In this document: in pieces, positions 1 to 10,359 of the stretch | How the letters are laid out: each line of letters starts with the position of its first letter | How positions within the stretch are numbered: position 1 is the stretch's first letter | Assembly (NCBI GenBank): GCA_040767085.1 | Contig: JAXGPF010000005.1 | Span: 64,001 to 128,000, forward strand | Length of the DNA: 64,000 bases | Source of the DNA: Kiritimatiellia bacterium | GTDB lineage: Bacteria; Verrucomicrobiota; Kiritimatiellia; JAAZAB01 | Direction: 5' to 3' | The notes under the pieces: generated by a model | Told to the model about the DNA's origin: nothing | The model's input: only the letters and a program-made list of their open reading frames with translations | Databases searched by the model: none | Position numbers and translations under genes: made by a program

Positions 1-2
1 GC

Positions 3-494
3 GGCCCATGCGTTGTGGGATTGGAATCCACCGTGCTTTCCCTGCTGGAACCGGCGCCGGTGCTGCTGCGGCCTGGCGGCATCACCCTGGAAGCCATCGC
101 CCGTGTGGCCGGCGGGGTGCGCCTGCCCGCCGGCGATGCCGAACGCCGGCGCCTCAGTCCCGGCGGACTTCCGCGCCATTACGCCCCGGCCACCCCGTTG
201 CGCCTGTGGCAGCCTCCCGACCCGCCGCCGGATGCCGGCCGCGCGGCCTTGCTAACGCCATTGCCAGTGCCGGGAACCGAAGCTTTCGCCCAAGCGGAAA
301 TCCTGGCGCCGGACGGCGATCTGGCCGCGGCCGCGGCCGATTTATTTGCCGCGCTGCGTCGGCTGGATGCGGCGGGCTGGCCCTGCCTTTACGCGGTCCT
401 GGCGCCGGAAGAAGGTCTGGGCCGGGCTATCAATGACCGCCTGCGCCGCGCCGCCGCTCCCGGCCGCTCTGCGCCGGCGGATGCGCGCGGCTGA
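3..494 (+). CDS. sua5: L-threonylcarbamoyladenylate synthase, Sua5 type (C-terminal part; starts before the window)
   Basis: GPCVVGLESTV, LLRPGGIT, SPGGLPRHYAP and GLGRAINDRLRRAA match the Sua5/YwlC C-terminal motifs. Confidence 0.9.
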   Translation, partial: GPCVVGLESTVLSLLEPAPVLLRPGGITLEAIARVAGGVRLPAGDAERRRLSPGGLPRHYAPATPLRLWQPPDPPPDAGRAALLTPLPVPGTEAFAQAEILAPDGDLAAAAADLFAALRRLDAAGWPCLYAVLAPEEGLGRAINDRLRRAAAPGRSAPADARG

Positions 495-521
495 TCCGCC
501 TCCTGGAATCCGCCTCCTGGA
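494..521. repeat. 14-bp tandem duplication ATCCGCCTCCTGGA x2
   Basis: Copies at 494-507 and 508-521. Confidence 0.9.
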
Positions 522-523
522 AC

Positions 524-552
524 TTGACAACCGGCAGAGGCCGGGTTATGGT
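524..552 (+). promoter_or_regulatory. sigma70-type promoter, probably giving a leaderless transcript
   Basis: TTGACA-17 bp-TATGGT; ATG at 561 is 8 nt downstream, no Shine-Dalgarno. Confidence 0.65.
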
Positions 553-560
553 GCCTATAC

Positions 561-1202
561 ATGCAAGCAATCGCGGCAGCGCATATCGGCAAATTTGTCC
601 AGGCCTGCCGGGAGGCAGGCCGCCGCGGCCTGGTGCGCGCCAGCAGCGGCAACCTGTCCCTGCGGATTCCCGGCGGCCGCATGCTGGTCACGGCATCGCG
701 CAGTTGGCTGGGACGTTTGACCGCAATGGACGTCTCCGTCTGCCGCATCAGCGACGGTGCGCCGCTGGCGGGGTGCCCGCCTTCGGTTGAGTCGGCCTTC
801 CACGCGGGCATTTTCCAAGCGCGGCCGGATATACATGTTGTGCTGCATTTCCAGACGCCCTGCGCCACCGCGCTGGCCTGCCGGGCGGCGCCGCCGCGAA
901 ACTACTTTGTCATTCCGGAAATTCCGTTTTACATCGGCCCGGTGGCCGCCGTGCCCTACCTGCCGCCCGGGTCGCCGGCATTAGCTCGTGCGGTCATCGC
1001 GGCCATGCGCGGACACAACCTGGCTATGCTGGCCAATCATGGCCAGGTCACAGCGGCCTGCGATCTGGATCACGCGCTGCAGAATGCCGAGTTTTTCGAG
1101 CTGGCCTGCGAGATCATACTCCGCGGCGGCAAACAAGTCAGGCCGCTGCCCAAAAAGGCGGCGCAGGCGCTGCAAGCGGCCGCCCGCCCGGCCGTCTGCT
1201 AG
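561..1202 (+). CDS. Class II aldolase/adducin family protein
   Basis: SSGNLS, PSVESAFH, VLHFQT and LANHG motifs. Confidence 0.85.
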   Translation: MQAIAAAHIGKFVQACREAGRRGLVRASSGNLSLRIPGGRMLVTASRSWLGRLTAMDVSVCRISDGAPLAGCPPSVESAFHAGIFQARPDIHVVLHFQTPCATALACRAAPPRNYFVIPEIPFYIGPVAAVPYLPPGSPALARAVIAAMRGHNLAMLANHGQVTAACDLDHALQNAEFFELACEIILRGGKQVRPLPKKAAQALQAAARPAVC

Positions 1203-1303
1203 AACTAGGGGAAGATTCTCTCACGAAGCCGCAAAGACATCAAGACGGATGAAAACCAAATTTTCACGGGACGCCCCGCAGGCGCCGGCGGTCCGGCCGC
1301 GCT

Positions 1304-4300
1304 TTACTTGCGGCGCCGCCGGCTGGCAACGTCTGGTACAATGACAAAATGTGCGCTGGCATGAGGCGCCAGTTCCAGGCTGAGCCGCAGATATGCGGCG
1401 TTTTTTTCCACTAAATGCCAGGGGCAATCGCACCGGATGCGCGCCGGGGCCAGCCGGGGCAGGCGGATGGTCAGCACCGGCCGGATGGTTTGCGCCGGCG
1501 CGGGGTGGTTGTCTTCCATGACGACGATATTCGCCTGTCCGCGGCGGTCGTAAAAGGCGATCAACTTGCCCGCGGTGGATTCGACTGCCGGCCGGCCCGC
1601 CCAGCGCAGCGCCAGGGCCATGGCCCGGTTCATCAACACGCTCCGGCTTTCCTTGCCGTAGGACACCAGGTTTTTCAAATCCAGCCGCTGAACCATGGTC
1701 GGAGGTATGGTGAAAAAAACCGTCCGGCCCCATCGGGTTTGCCGGCATACCAGGGCGGCCGCCAGTTTCCGGCCGCGTGCATCCAGTCCCGCGATCAGCG
1801 TTGCGGCCGATGCGGCATCGTAGGCCGCCCGGCAATGCGGCGTAGCGCATTCCTCCGCCGCGGCCGGCAAGTCCCGCCAAATGCCGGCGCGGCCGGCGGC
1901 CGCCTGCAGAGCGCGCAGTGGGAGCGGCCGCTCCAGGCGGCGGATGCCGAACAAGTCGGCCAGGCTGCCGGCTTCCTCGAACCCGACCAGGGCCACACCC
2001 CGCGCATGCAGGCGGCGGATCGCCTGCTGGATTGCCATGGAAACGCCGGTCAGCGGCGGCAGCACCAGGGAATGCGCGTCTGCCGGATCGAGTTGCTCGA
2101 TCGCCGCCAAGTCCGCCAGGAACCCGGCCTGCTGGCCATCCAAACGCGCCTGCTCATAGGCGAAGGCCGGCGCTTCCTCGGCCGTATTGACGACATCGTG
2201 GTAGTCCAGGCGCAACTCGAAATCAGGATTGGTGCGGGTGGGCGTAAATGTATCCGGATGCGCCAGGCAGGCGCCGCGGCTGACGGCAAAGGCGGTTGTC
2301 CGCAACGGCCGCGCCGGCGGATGCTTGCGGATCGTTCCCCAGGCGCGGAGCATTTCGCGGTAATGCGCCTGGTTCCAGGCCATGGCCTGAAACCCGTTGT
2401 CCCGCCAAAAATGCCAGCCGGCGGCGTCGAACCAGGCGGCCGCAAAGGCATACTCGAAAAAAGTTTTCCGGAAGAACGGCGGCGGGGTATGCGAGTGGCC
2501 GTAAGGCGGCCTGCCGTACACCGGGCGCAAATCGCTGGCGCAGCCGTTAATGCCATAGACTTCGGGGTAGATTTTCAGGCCCGGCCCTTCCATTTTCAGG
2601 GCGGCAAGCATGAAGACCGCGCGTTGCAGCGGATAGCCGCACATGTAGGGATAATCCTCCAGCAGCATCGGGCCGTCATAAAACCGCTCCAGGCGGCGGC
2701 GCAAGTCGCGGCCGGTGTACCGCGCGAAATACGCGCCCTTGTAAGCGGAACCATAAGGCGGGTAAATGCCGTAAGTCACCCATTCCGCGCCGGCATTGAC
2801 CGCGCGCAAGCGCCGGTGCATGGCCGGCAAATGTTCCTGCAGCATGTACTGGTTGAAAAATTCCACCCACTCCTTCCAATGCCGGGTCAGCAGTTCGCAA
2901 TACATTTCAAAGCTCAATTTCCGGCTGCTCGCGATCGCCGCCGCGTCCAGGCTGGCGGCTGCCTGGTTCCGGCTCCGGCGGTCCGCCGGCGCCGGGCCGG
3001 CCGGCGGATGCCGCCGGAGGAATTTCAGCAATGCGTCCAGCACCACCTGGTCGTAACCGCCGTGCCACAGATCGTGCCGCTGATTCCAGTAAATCCGGTC
3101 GGCATGCGGCAACACGTCCGCATTTTTTTCCGGGTCTTTCTCCGGCGTCATGCGGCGGTGCAGTTCCACTACCCATTTGCGCCGGTAAAGATGGACTACA
3201 TTCCAGATCCGATCGCGCCGCGCCGGCAAAATCTGATGGCAGCAATTGGCCAGGTAATGCGCGGCGTCCACCCCGCGTCCCACCCAGGGATCGAAGGCGC
3301 CGGTTTCCGTGGCGTAGTCCGGGATATTCGGAATCAGGTCCGGCAGCCCGGAAGCCTGCGGAGGCGACGGCGCCGCCGGGTCGGCGGACATCACTTCAAA
3401 CGCGCTGCGGGTTGCAAGGATCCGTTCCTCGCCGCGCCGTAATTCCGCGCGGAGATGATATACCCCGATCCGCAGTCCCGTAAAAATCACCGGCGCGGAG
3501 ATGAAGGTGGCGGCGCCCAGGCGCGCGGCCAGTTGCGCCGATAAATCGTCGCCCGCCGCGGTCAGTTTCACCGGCCGGGCCCGCTGTTTGGGCGCTTGAT
3601 AAGCATCCTCCAAAGTCACCTGGAGCGACAAGTCCGCGGCGCGCCAATCCGGTCGGCGATGGCGCACCCGGCAGGTCAGCCGTACGCGCTCGGAAGTCAG
3701 GAAAAAGTGGTTGTTTTGCGCGAAGGCCAGCGCCGCCGCGCGGCGTTTTTCGGTCCGGGGTATCATGGCGGCGATTTGCTTGTCGGGCGGCGATAGAATT
3801 TCCAGCACGGCCGCGCCGGGATCGAGCGCCGGACCGTTGTAAACCACTTTCCCGGTTTGCGGACACACCAGCATTTCGGCGGGGCCGCCCGCCAGCGCCA
3901 GGCGGTCTTCCGCCTCGTAATATTCATAGCCCAGCGCCAGCCAGGTCCGGTCCGGCAACCCCCGGAACAGCAACTCCCGGCACGCCGGCCCTTCCGCGTC
4001 GCAGGGCCAATCGCCGGACGAGCGCGGATTCCAATGTTCCTTCAAACCCAGGGATCCGGTATGCAGGTAATATTTTTGCGGCGCGTCTTCGCCGCTTTCC
4101 ACCCGCACGTAAGGCCGCGTCAAGCGCGAATTCCCGCGCAACCCGCGGAAGTCGCACACCGACGGCGGACGCTGAGCAGGACCGCCTTCCAGCGCGGCCG
4201 CCAGCTTTGTCCGCCGCGGACTGCGCCAGCCGGCGATGCGGAACCGCCAGGGATCGGTCATCCCGTTCCAATCGGCGGGCAATTCGAAGCAGCGTTCGGG

Positions 4301-4945
4301 CCAGAGCCGCCGCCATGTTTCGCGTTCGCGCGATTGAATCCGCACCTGCCGGATATCCAGCACATAAAACTGAGCTGCATAAGCGCGGTCCAGGCCGATC
4401 AAGCCCGGCCCATCGCATGTGCGCGCCGGGTCGGCAAACCGGGCCGCGCAAATATCCTGGTGGTAAAACGCAAACGAGCAGGCGCCGATTTTCAGTCGCA
4501 GCCGGCAATCCGACGTCGGCGGCGTCGCGGGCGCGCCGGACAGCCGCGGCGCGCGCGCCAGGGTGTCAATATTCCCGTCGCGATAGATGCCAAAGACGGT
4601 TTCCAGCCCCTGGTCGCCGCCCCAGGCGTGTTGAATGCAATAGCCTGCGCGCCGCCGGGGATCATACCGGAAATAAATGCGCAAGGCGCACCGCGCGCTG
4701 TAAACGTCGCTGCGCGCCGTGAACGTCACCTGGGCCGTCCGCGCCGGGGGGGCCGGCGGGAAATGCAGGTTGCCGGCGAACAGGAAGCGCAGGGCGCCGC
4801 CGCGTATTTCCGCCAGGTCATGGAACAGGTCGGCATGCCGTTCCACCGCCCATCCCTGCGGCGCCGTCCCATCCAACTGGGACTGGAAATCATCCTGGTA
4901 AATCAAGTTGTCAGACACCTTTGATTTGCAGAATGGTGTTTGCAT
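1304..4945 (-). CDS. Large hypothetical protein (1213 aa), possibly glycoside-hydrolase-like
   Basis: Long uninterrupted ORF, aromatic-rich; no confidently recognised catalytic motif. Confidence 0.6.
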   Translation of the reverse strand: MQTPFCKSKVSDNLIYQDDFQSQLDGTAPQGWAVERHADLFHDLAEIRGGALRFLFAGNLHFPPAPPARTAQVTFTARSDVYSARCALRIYFRYDPRRRAGYCIQHAWGGDQGLETVFGIYRDGNIDTLARAPRLSGAPATPPTSDCRLRLKIGACSFAFYHQDICAARFADPARTCDGPGLIGLDRAYAAQFYVLDIRQVRIQSRERETWRRLWPERCFELPADWNGMTDPWRFRIAGWRSPRRTKLAAALEGGPAQRPPSVCDFRGLRGNSRLTRPYVRVESGEDAPQKYYLHTGSLGLKEHWNPRSSGDWPCDAEGPACRELLFRGLPDRTWLALGYEYYEAEDRLALAGGPAEMLVCPQTGKVVYNGPALDPGAAVLEILSPPDKQIAAMIPRTEKRRAAALAFAQNNHFFLTSERVRLTCRVRHRRPDWRAADLSLQVTLEDAYQAPKQRARPVKLTAAGDDLSAQLAARLGAATFISAPVIFTGLRIGVYHLRAELRRGEERILATRSAFEVMSADPAAPSPPQASGLPDLIPNIPDYATETGAFDPWVGRGVDAAHYLANCCHQILPARRDRIWNVVHLYRRKWVVELHRRMTPEKDPEKNADVLPHADRIYWNQRHDLWHGGYDQVVLDALLKFLRRHPPAGPAPADRRSRNQAAASLDAAAIASSRKLSFEMYCELLTRHWKEWVEFFNQYMLQEHLPAMHRRLRAVNAGAEWVTYGIYPPYGSAYKGAYFARYTGRDLRRRLERFYDGPMLLEDYPYMCGYPLQRAVFMLAALKMEGPGLKIYPEVYGINGCASDLRPVYGRPPYGHSHTPPPFFRKTFFEYAFAAAWFDAAGWHFWRDNGFQAMAWNQAHYREMLRAWGTIRKHPPARPLRTTAFAVSRGACLAHPDTFTPTRTNPDFELRLDYHDVVNTAEEAPAFAYEQARLDGQQAGFLADLAAIEQLDPADAHSLVLPPLTGVSMAIQQAIRRLHARGVALVGFEEAGSLADLFGIRRLERPLPLRALQAAAGRAGIWRDLPAAAEECATPHCRAAYDAASAATLIAGLDARGRKLAAALVCRQTRWGRTVFFTIPPTMVQRLDLKNLVSYGKESRSVLMNRAMALALRWAGRPAVESTAGKLIAFYDRRGQANIVVMEDNHPAPAQTIRPVLTIRLPRLAPARIRCDCPWHLVEKNAAYLRLSLELAPHASAHFVIVPDVASRRRRK

Positions 4946-4986
4946 GAGTAATTCTTTGGAGCCTTAAACTACGGCAACTGCCAAAA

Positions 4987-5010
4987 AAGACAAGCAAATT
5001 TGCTTGTCTT
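4987..5010. promoter_or_regulatory. Perfect 24-bp palindrome between divergent genes
   Basis: AAGACAAGCAAA|TTTGCTTGTCTT; carries a TTGTCT -35-like hexamer on each strand. Confidence 0.6.
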
Positions 5011-5118
5011 CCTTAACGGCGCGCAGTTAATATGCAGCTTATAAATTTTTTCGAGATCGGATCCGGCCGTCAGATTGACGCCGGCGCCGGCTCCCGGATC
5101 GTTTTTTTTACATAATAT

Positions 5119-8100
5119 ATGTCAAACGTAAAAGACCGACTGCCCGGCTGGATGTTGATATCGTTCGCGGCCGCCATGCTGGCCCTGTCTGCCGCCACGG
5201 GTTGGTACTACCAGCATGGACGGCGGATGATCGAAGCAAGAGCCGCGGACCATTTAACCGCCATCGGCCGTTTGAAAACCGGCCAGATCGCCGCGTGGCG
5301 CAGAGAGCGGCTGGCCGACGCCGCCGTCCTGGCCCAGGGCGTCGCCTTTTCCGCTAAAGTCGCCCGGTTTCTGGCGGGTCAGGACAGGGAAGACACGCAA
5401 GAATTGCGGGCGTGGTTGCGCCGTTACCAGGAGCATTATCATTATGCGGATATCCTGCTGATTGACCGCCAGGGCTCCTGCCGGCTCAACCTCTCGGGCA
5501 AGCAGATGGCGGCGGAAAAATTCCAGCCGGCGCTGGCGCCCGCCTTTGAAATGCGGCGGCCTTATTTGACCGACCTGCACTCCGATCAGGATATTCCCGC
5601 CGCGCATGTCGGCGCAATCGCGCCCATCTTCGCCGGGAACGATCCGGCGACCGAACCCCTGGGCGCGATCATCCTGATTACCTACGCCGACCAGTACCTC
5701 TTTCCGCTGTTGCAAACCTGGCCCGCGCCCAGTTAAACCGCGGAAACCATCCTTTCCCGCCGGGATGGCGCGGACATTTTATTGATAACACCACTGCGGC
5801 ATCAGCCGGATGCCGACCAGCCCCGGCGTATGCCCTTAACCCAGACGAATGTGCCGGCCGTTCAGGCGGCCCTGGGACACGCGGGGGTCGCGGCGGGCGT
5901 GGATTACCGCGGCGCCAGGGTTCTGGCCTACGCCGCTGCCATCGCCAACACACCCTGGTTCCTGGTGGCCAAGCAGGACGAGGCGGAAATCTTCGCCGAT
6001 TGGCGGTATCGCAGCCGGATGATCCTGGGCGCCTTCCTGGCCTGGGCCGCCGGCATCATCGGCATCGGGGCCGCTGCCTGGCAGCGCAACAACAAGGCGC
6101 ATTACTGCGCCTTGTATCAAGCCGAAGCCCGGCAGCGCGCCGCGGCGGAAGAGGAAGCGATGATCCTGTGCTCCATCGGCGACGCCGTCATTGCCGCCGA
6201 CTCGGCCGGCCGGGTGAAAGTAATGAACGGCGTGGCCGAGGAACTTACCGGCTGGACCGAGCAAGAAGCCATCGGCAAACCGCTGGCCGAGGTCTTCAAC
6301 ATCATCAACGAAGAAACCCGGCAGCCGGCGGAAAATCCGGTGGCGAAAGTCCTGCGGGAAGGCGTCGTGGGCGGCCTCGCCAACCACACCCTGCTGATCT
6401 CCCGGGACGGCCGCGAGCGGCCCATCGCCGATTCCGCCGCGCCGATTTACGACGAGGCCGGCGGCATCGTCGGGGTGGTTTTGATCTTCCGCGACAAGAC
6501 CGCCGAATGGAACTACCGGACGCTCTTCGAAAAAATGCTTGACGGCTTCGCCGTGCACGAATTGATCTGCGACGAGCAGGGCCGGCCGGCGGACTACCGC
6601 TTCCTGGAAGTCAATCCCGCCGCCGAAAGCATGCTGGGCAAGCCCGCCGGGGAGATCATCGGCAAGACGATCAGCCAGTTGCTGCCCAAAACCGAGCGTA
6701 ACTGGATTGAAATCTACGGCCGCGTGGTGCAAACCGGCCGTCCCGCCCGCTTTGCGGCTTACGCCCAGGCGTTGAACAAGCATTTCGAGGTATCGGCCTT
6801 CCGCACGCATGCCCATCAATTCGCCGCTATCTTCCAGGATGTCACCGCGCGCCACCAGACCGAGCAGGCGCTGCAGGAGAGCGAACGCCGGCACCGTTCG
6901 CTCACCGACGATGTGCTGGACAACACGGAAGTCGGCATAATCATCCTGGACGCCCAGTTCAACGTGGTTTTGATCAACCATGCCATCGAGCGTTTCTTCG
7001 GATTGCAGCGGGAACAGGCTGTTGGCCAAAACAAGCGGCGCCTGATACAGGAGCAGATTGCCGGCATCTTCGAGGATCCGGTGGAATTCCAAGCCCGGCT
7101 CTTCGCCACGTATGCCAACAACTCCTATGTCGAAAAATTTGAATGCCGGGTGATGCCCGACGGGCCGCGGGAAGGGCGCTGGCTCCAGCATTGGAGCAAG
7201 CCGATCGGCGCCGGCCTGTATGCCGGCGGCCGGATCGAGTATTATTACGACATCACCGAACTCAAACAGGCGGAAGAAGAGCAGCGGCGGCTGTTCTCGG
7301 CGATCGAACAAAGCGGCGATATTGTCATCATCACCGATCCGGAAGCGAATATCCAGTACGTCAACCGGACCTTCGAGCAAATCACCGGCTACATCCGCGC
7401 GGAAGTCCTGGGCAAGAATCCGCGCCTCCTGAAAAGCGGCAAACAGGGCGAAGGCTTTTACCGCGAGATGTGGGATCACCTGGCGGAAGGCAAGGTTTTT
7501 CGCGCGTGCATGATTAACAAGTGCAAAGACGGCTCGTTATACACTGAGGACGCCACCATCTCGCCGGTCTTCGACAAAGCCGGCAAAATCGTCAATTACG
7601 TTGGCGTCAAGCGCGATATGACCGAGCGCCTGTCCATGGAAGCCCAACTGCAGCAGGCGCAGAAAATGGAACTGGTCGGCCGGCTGGCGGGCGGCGTGGC
7701 TCACGATTTCAATAACATGCTCAGCGCCATCCTGGGCAATGCGGAATTAGTATTGGAGCAAACGCCGGCGGAATCTCCGACTTACCCGGAAATCCAGGAA
7801 ATCATCGCCGCCGCCAAGCGTTCCGCGGGCATCACGCAGCAGTTGCTGGCGTTTGCCCGCAGGCAAATCATTTCTCCCAAAATGCTGGATTTGAATGATA
7901 GCATATCCAGCATGCTCAAGATGCTGCAACGCCTGATCGGGGAGAATATTGACCTGGCCTGGCTGCCTTCCAAAACCGCCTGCATCGTGAACATAGATCC
8001 TTCGCAACTGAGCCAGGTGCTGGTCAACCTTTGCGTCAATGCCCGGGATGCCATCCATAATATCGGCAAAATCACGATTGAAACCAGCAAGATCAAGCTG

Positions 8101-8787
8101 GATGAACAGTATCGCGCCATCCATCCGGAAGCCGCACCCGGCCCGTATGTCATTTTAAAAGTCAGCGATAACGGCAGCGGCATGGATGCGGAAACGATGA
8201 GCCATCTTTTCGAACCGTTTTTCACGACCAAAGAAGTCGGCCGCGGCACCGGCCTGGGCCTGGCCACGGTGCATGGCATCGTGACGCAAAATCACGGATT
8301 CATCCAGGTGGAAAGCCAGCCCGGCCAGGGCGCCTATTTCCAGATTTTTCTGCCTTGCCAGGCGCACGCGCCGGTGGAACCGCCGGCGCCGCCGCCGGCG
8401 GACCTGCCCCGGGGCAATGGCGAGATCATCCTGGTGGTGGAAGATGAAATCGCCGTCCTGCGTTACGCCCAGACGATCCTGAACCGGCTGGGTTACCAGG
8501 TGCTGACGGCCGCCGACCCGCAAATCGCGCTGCAACTGGCGCGGGAACATGCCGGCGCGATTAAGCTGCTCATCACGGATGTCGTCATGCCCGAAATGAA
8601 CGGCCGCGACCTGGCCGCCAGGATTACCGAGCAATCACCCGGACTCAAGTGCGTGTTCATGTCCGGCTATACCGCCAACGCCATTGCCCACCATGGCGTG
8701 CTCGATCAGAATGTTTTTTTCATGCAAAAGCCGTTTTCCCGCCAGGAACTGGCCGCCATCGTCCAGAAGGCGCTCTCGGCAACCTAG
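5119..8787 (+). pseudogene. Hybrid sensor kinase (TM, periplasmic sensor, TM, multiple PAS, HisKA, HATPase, REC) interrupted by an in-frame TAA at 5734-5736
   Basis: ORFs 5119-5736 and 5782-8787 share a frame and read WPAPS*TAETILSRRDG; H-box AGGVAHDFNN, EPFFTTK, GTGLGL, receiver LLITDVVMP. Confidence 0.8.
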
Positions 8788-8928
8788 CTTGGCCGTTGGC
8801 AATGGCGCGGCCAGACCCATCAGCCGCTTATCCCGGTACGGCGCTCCCATCCATTAATCTTCTGAGATGGCCGTCTGGCCGGCGCATGACGCCGCCCTGA
8901 TAATTCGTTCCGGCGGCGCATATTTGAT

Positions 8929-10314
8929 TGTTCGTAACAAGTCAAGTGTCCGCTTTTTGTAACAAGTGATCTGTCCGATTTGTTATTGTGTGTTGTTGCT
9001 CCTGGGGTGAGGATTTTCCTCCCCCGCGGGGGAGGAAAAAGTTTATGCGACGTCCTCCAGCGACGCCGAAATGTTCAACGGTCCTTGGTAGCGGCCAACC
9101 ACATGCGGGCCATAACGGATGGACACCGTGCCATCGAGGTGCTCGCAGACTTTAACCCGGCACTTGGCGAAGCTGAAACGCCATTTTGATGGTCCAATCT
9201 GCAAGCGGCGACTCCCGACAGCCACGGTATTGTCATTTTGAACCTCTCGCGCATGCTGCACACAGAAAATGCTGTCCAAATCCTGCTCACCGCAAGGCAC
9301 GAAACACGTTCCTGTTTCCCGCGCCTTCACCTTCATGTTGCGATTGAAGGAAGGCAGAAACTGTTGTTGAATATAGACGTTGGCCTCGGCCATCGTCCGG
9401 ATTCCCGCCTGCCTTAATTCCTGCGGCAGGCGCCCTTGCCAGGTCTTAAACATCCGCTCTATTCGCCCACGTCCCTGGGGGCTATAGCTCGGAATATGTT
9501 CGATCCCCAACTGTTGCAACGCCCGTCCAATTTGCGTCAATTGACGCCGGTCCACCGCCCCGCCTTCTTTGGGCGTATAAAAGAAATGACTGCCACGATC
9601 CGTGTACAGACTGCAGAAAACCCCATGTTTAATAATGACTTCTTTCAACCCCTTCATCACCGTTAATGTCCCTTCCTGGGGCACAAGATAGGCCGTGTAG
9701 ACTTCGCTGGTGGCATCGTCCATCACCAGGATCAGATCCTGCTTCTGGCCCGCCAGCAGGGGCAACCAGGCATGGGTGCTGCCATCCACCATCAACATCA
9801 TCCCCGCCATTGGTCGCCGTTCCCGCTGCTGCCGATGCGGCCCTCGTTTCCGGGCCTTCGCCACCAACCCGGCCGTCTGCAAGGCGCTCTTGACCCACTG
9901 ATAACTGAGCTCGATCCCATGCTCCGCCTGCAGCTTCTCGTGAAAATGCCTCACATTGAAATCCATGTATTCTTCTCGGTACAACCTCAGCACCTGCTTC
10001 ACCGTCGCAAGGGGCACGCGCCGCGGCCCCGGTATCTTCCGCCGACGATCCAGCAGCCCGTCGTAACCATACCGCTCGTAGCGCCCTTTCCAGCGCCGCA
10101 TGGTCCGGTAGCTCACACCTAGTATCTCCGCCGCCTCCCACCACATTAACCGCCCTTCAATCGCACGCAAGATCACTTCCTGTACCTTCATTGCCCGCTC
10201 CAGTGCTGCCTTCGGATATTCATCCATATAACCCCCCTTTGAATGCACCATCCTGACAGCTTTAAGCGGACAAATCATTTGTTAATTATGCGGCCAAGTC
10301 ATTTGTTTACGACA
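8929..10314 (-). mobile_element. Insertion sequence, IS1202 family (ISNCY-type), copy 1, 1386 bp
   Basis: TGT...ACA ends with repeated AACAA-N6-TGTCCG-like subterminal motifs; direct repeat CGGCGCATATTTGAT at 8914-8928 and 10316-10330; inverted twin at 26859-28244. Confidence 0.9.
9043..10227 (-). CDS. DDE transposase (HTH + rve integrase core)
   Basis: MVDGSTH, YTDRGS, SPQGRGRIERMF triad; purine-rich RBS precedes MDEYPK. Confidence 0.92.
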   Translation of the reverse strand: MDEYPKAALERAMKVQEVILRAIEGRLMWWEAAEILGVSYRTMRRWKGRYERYGYDGLLDRRRKIPGPRRVPLATVKQVLRLYREEYMDFNVRHFHEKLQAEHGIELSYQWVKSALQTAGLVAKARKRGPHRQQRERRPMAGMMLMVDGSTHAWLPLLAGQKQDLILVMDDATSEVYTAYLVPQEGTLTVMKGLKEVIIKHGVFCSLYTDRGSHFFYTPKEGGAVDRRQLTQIGRALQQLGIEHIPSYSPQGRGRIERMFKTWQGRLPQELRQAGIRTMAEANVYIQQQFLPSFNRNMKVKARETGTCFVPCGEQDLDSIFCVQHAREVQNDNTVAVGSRRLQIGPSKWRFSFAKCRVKVCEHLDGTVSIRYGPHVVGRYQGPLNISASLEDVA

Positions 10315-10330
10315 ACGGCGCATATTTGAT

Positions 10331-10359
10331 TTGCGCGGGTATCGGGATTTTGTTAACGT
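10331..10359 (+). promoter_or_regulatory. Putative purL promoter
   Basis: TTGCGC-17 bp-TAACGT with an extended -10 TG. Confidence 0.45.

Noticed and set aside
1415-3442. 675-aa plus-strand ORF and other long antisense ORFs (e.g. 5836-7479, 15853-17214, 20624-22099)
   Set aside because: Shadow ORFs expected opposite real genes at high GC; no recognisable motifs
5734-5736. Sec/Pyl recoding or alternative genetic code
   Set aside because: The stop is TAA, and TAA, TGA and TAG all end normal genes in this window
8800-8890. Hairpin downstream of the kinase, considered as fluoride riboswitch or SRP RNA
   Set aside because: Lacks the SRP core motif and a proper fluoride P1/pseudoknot
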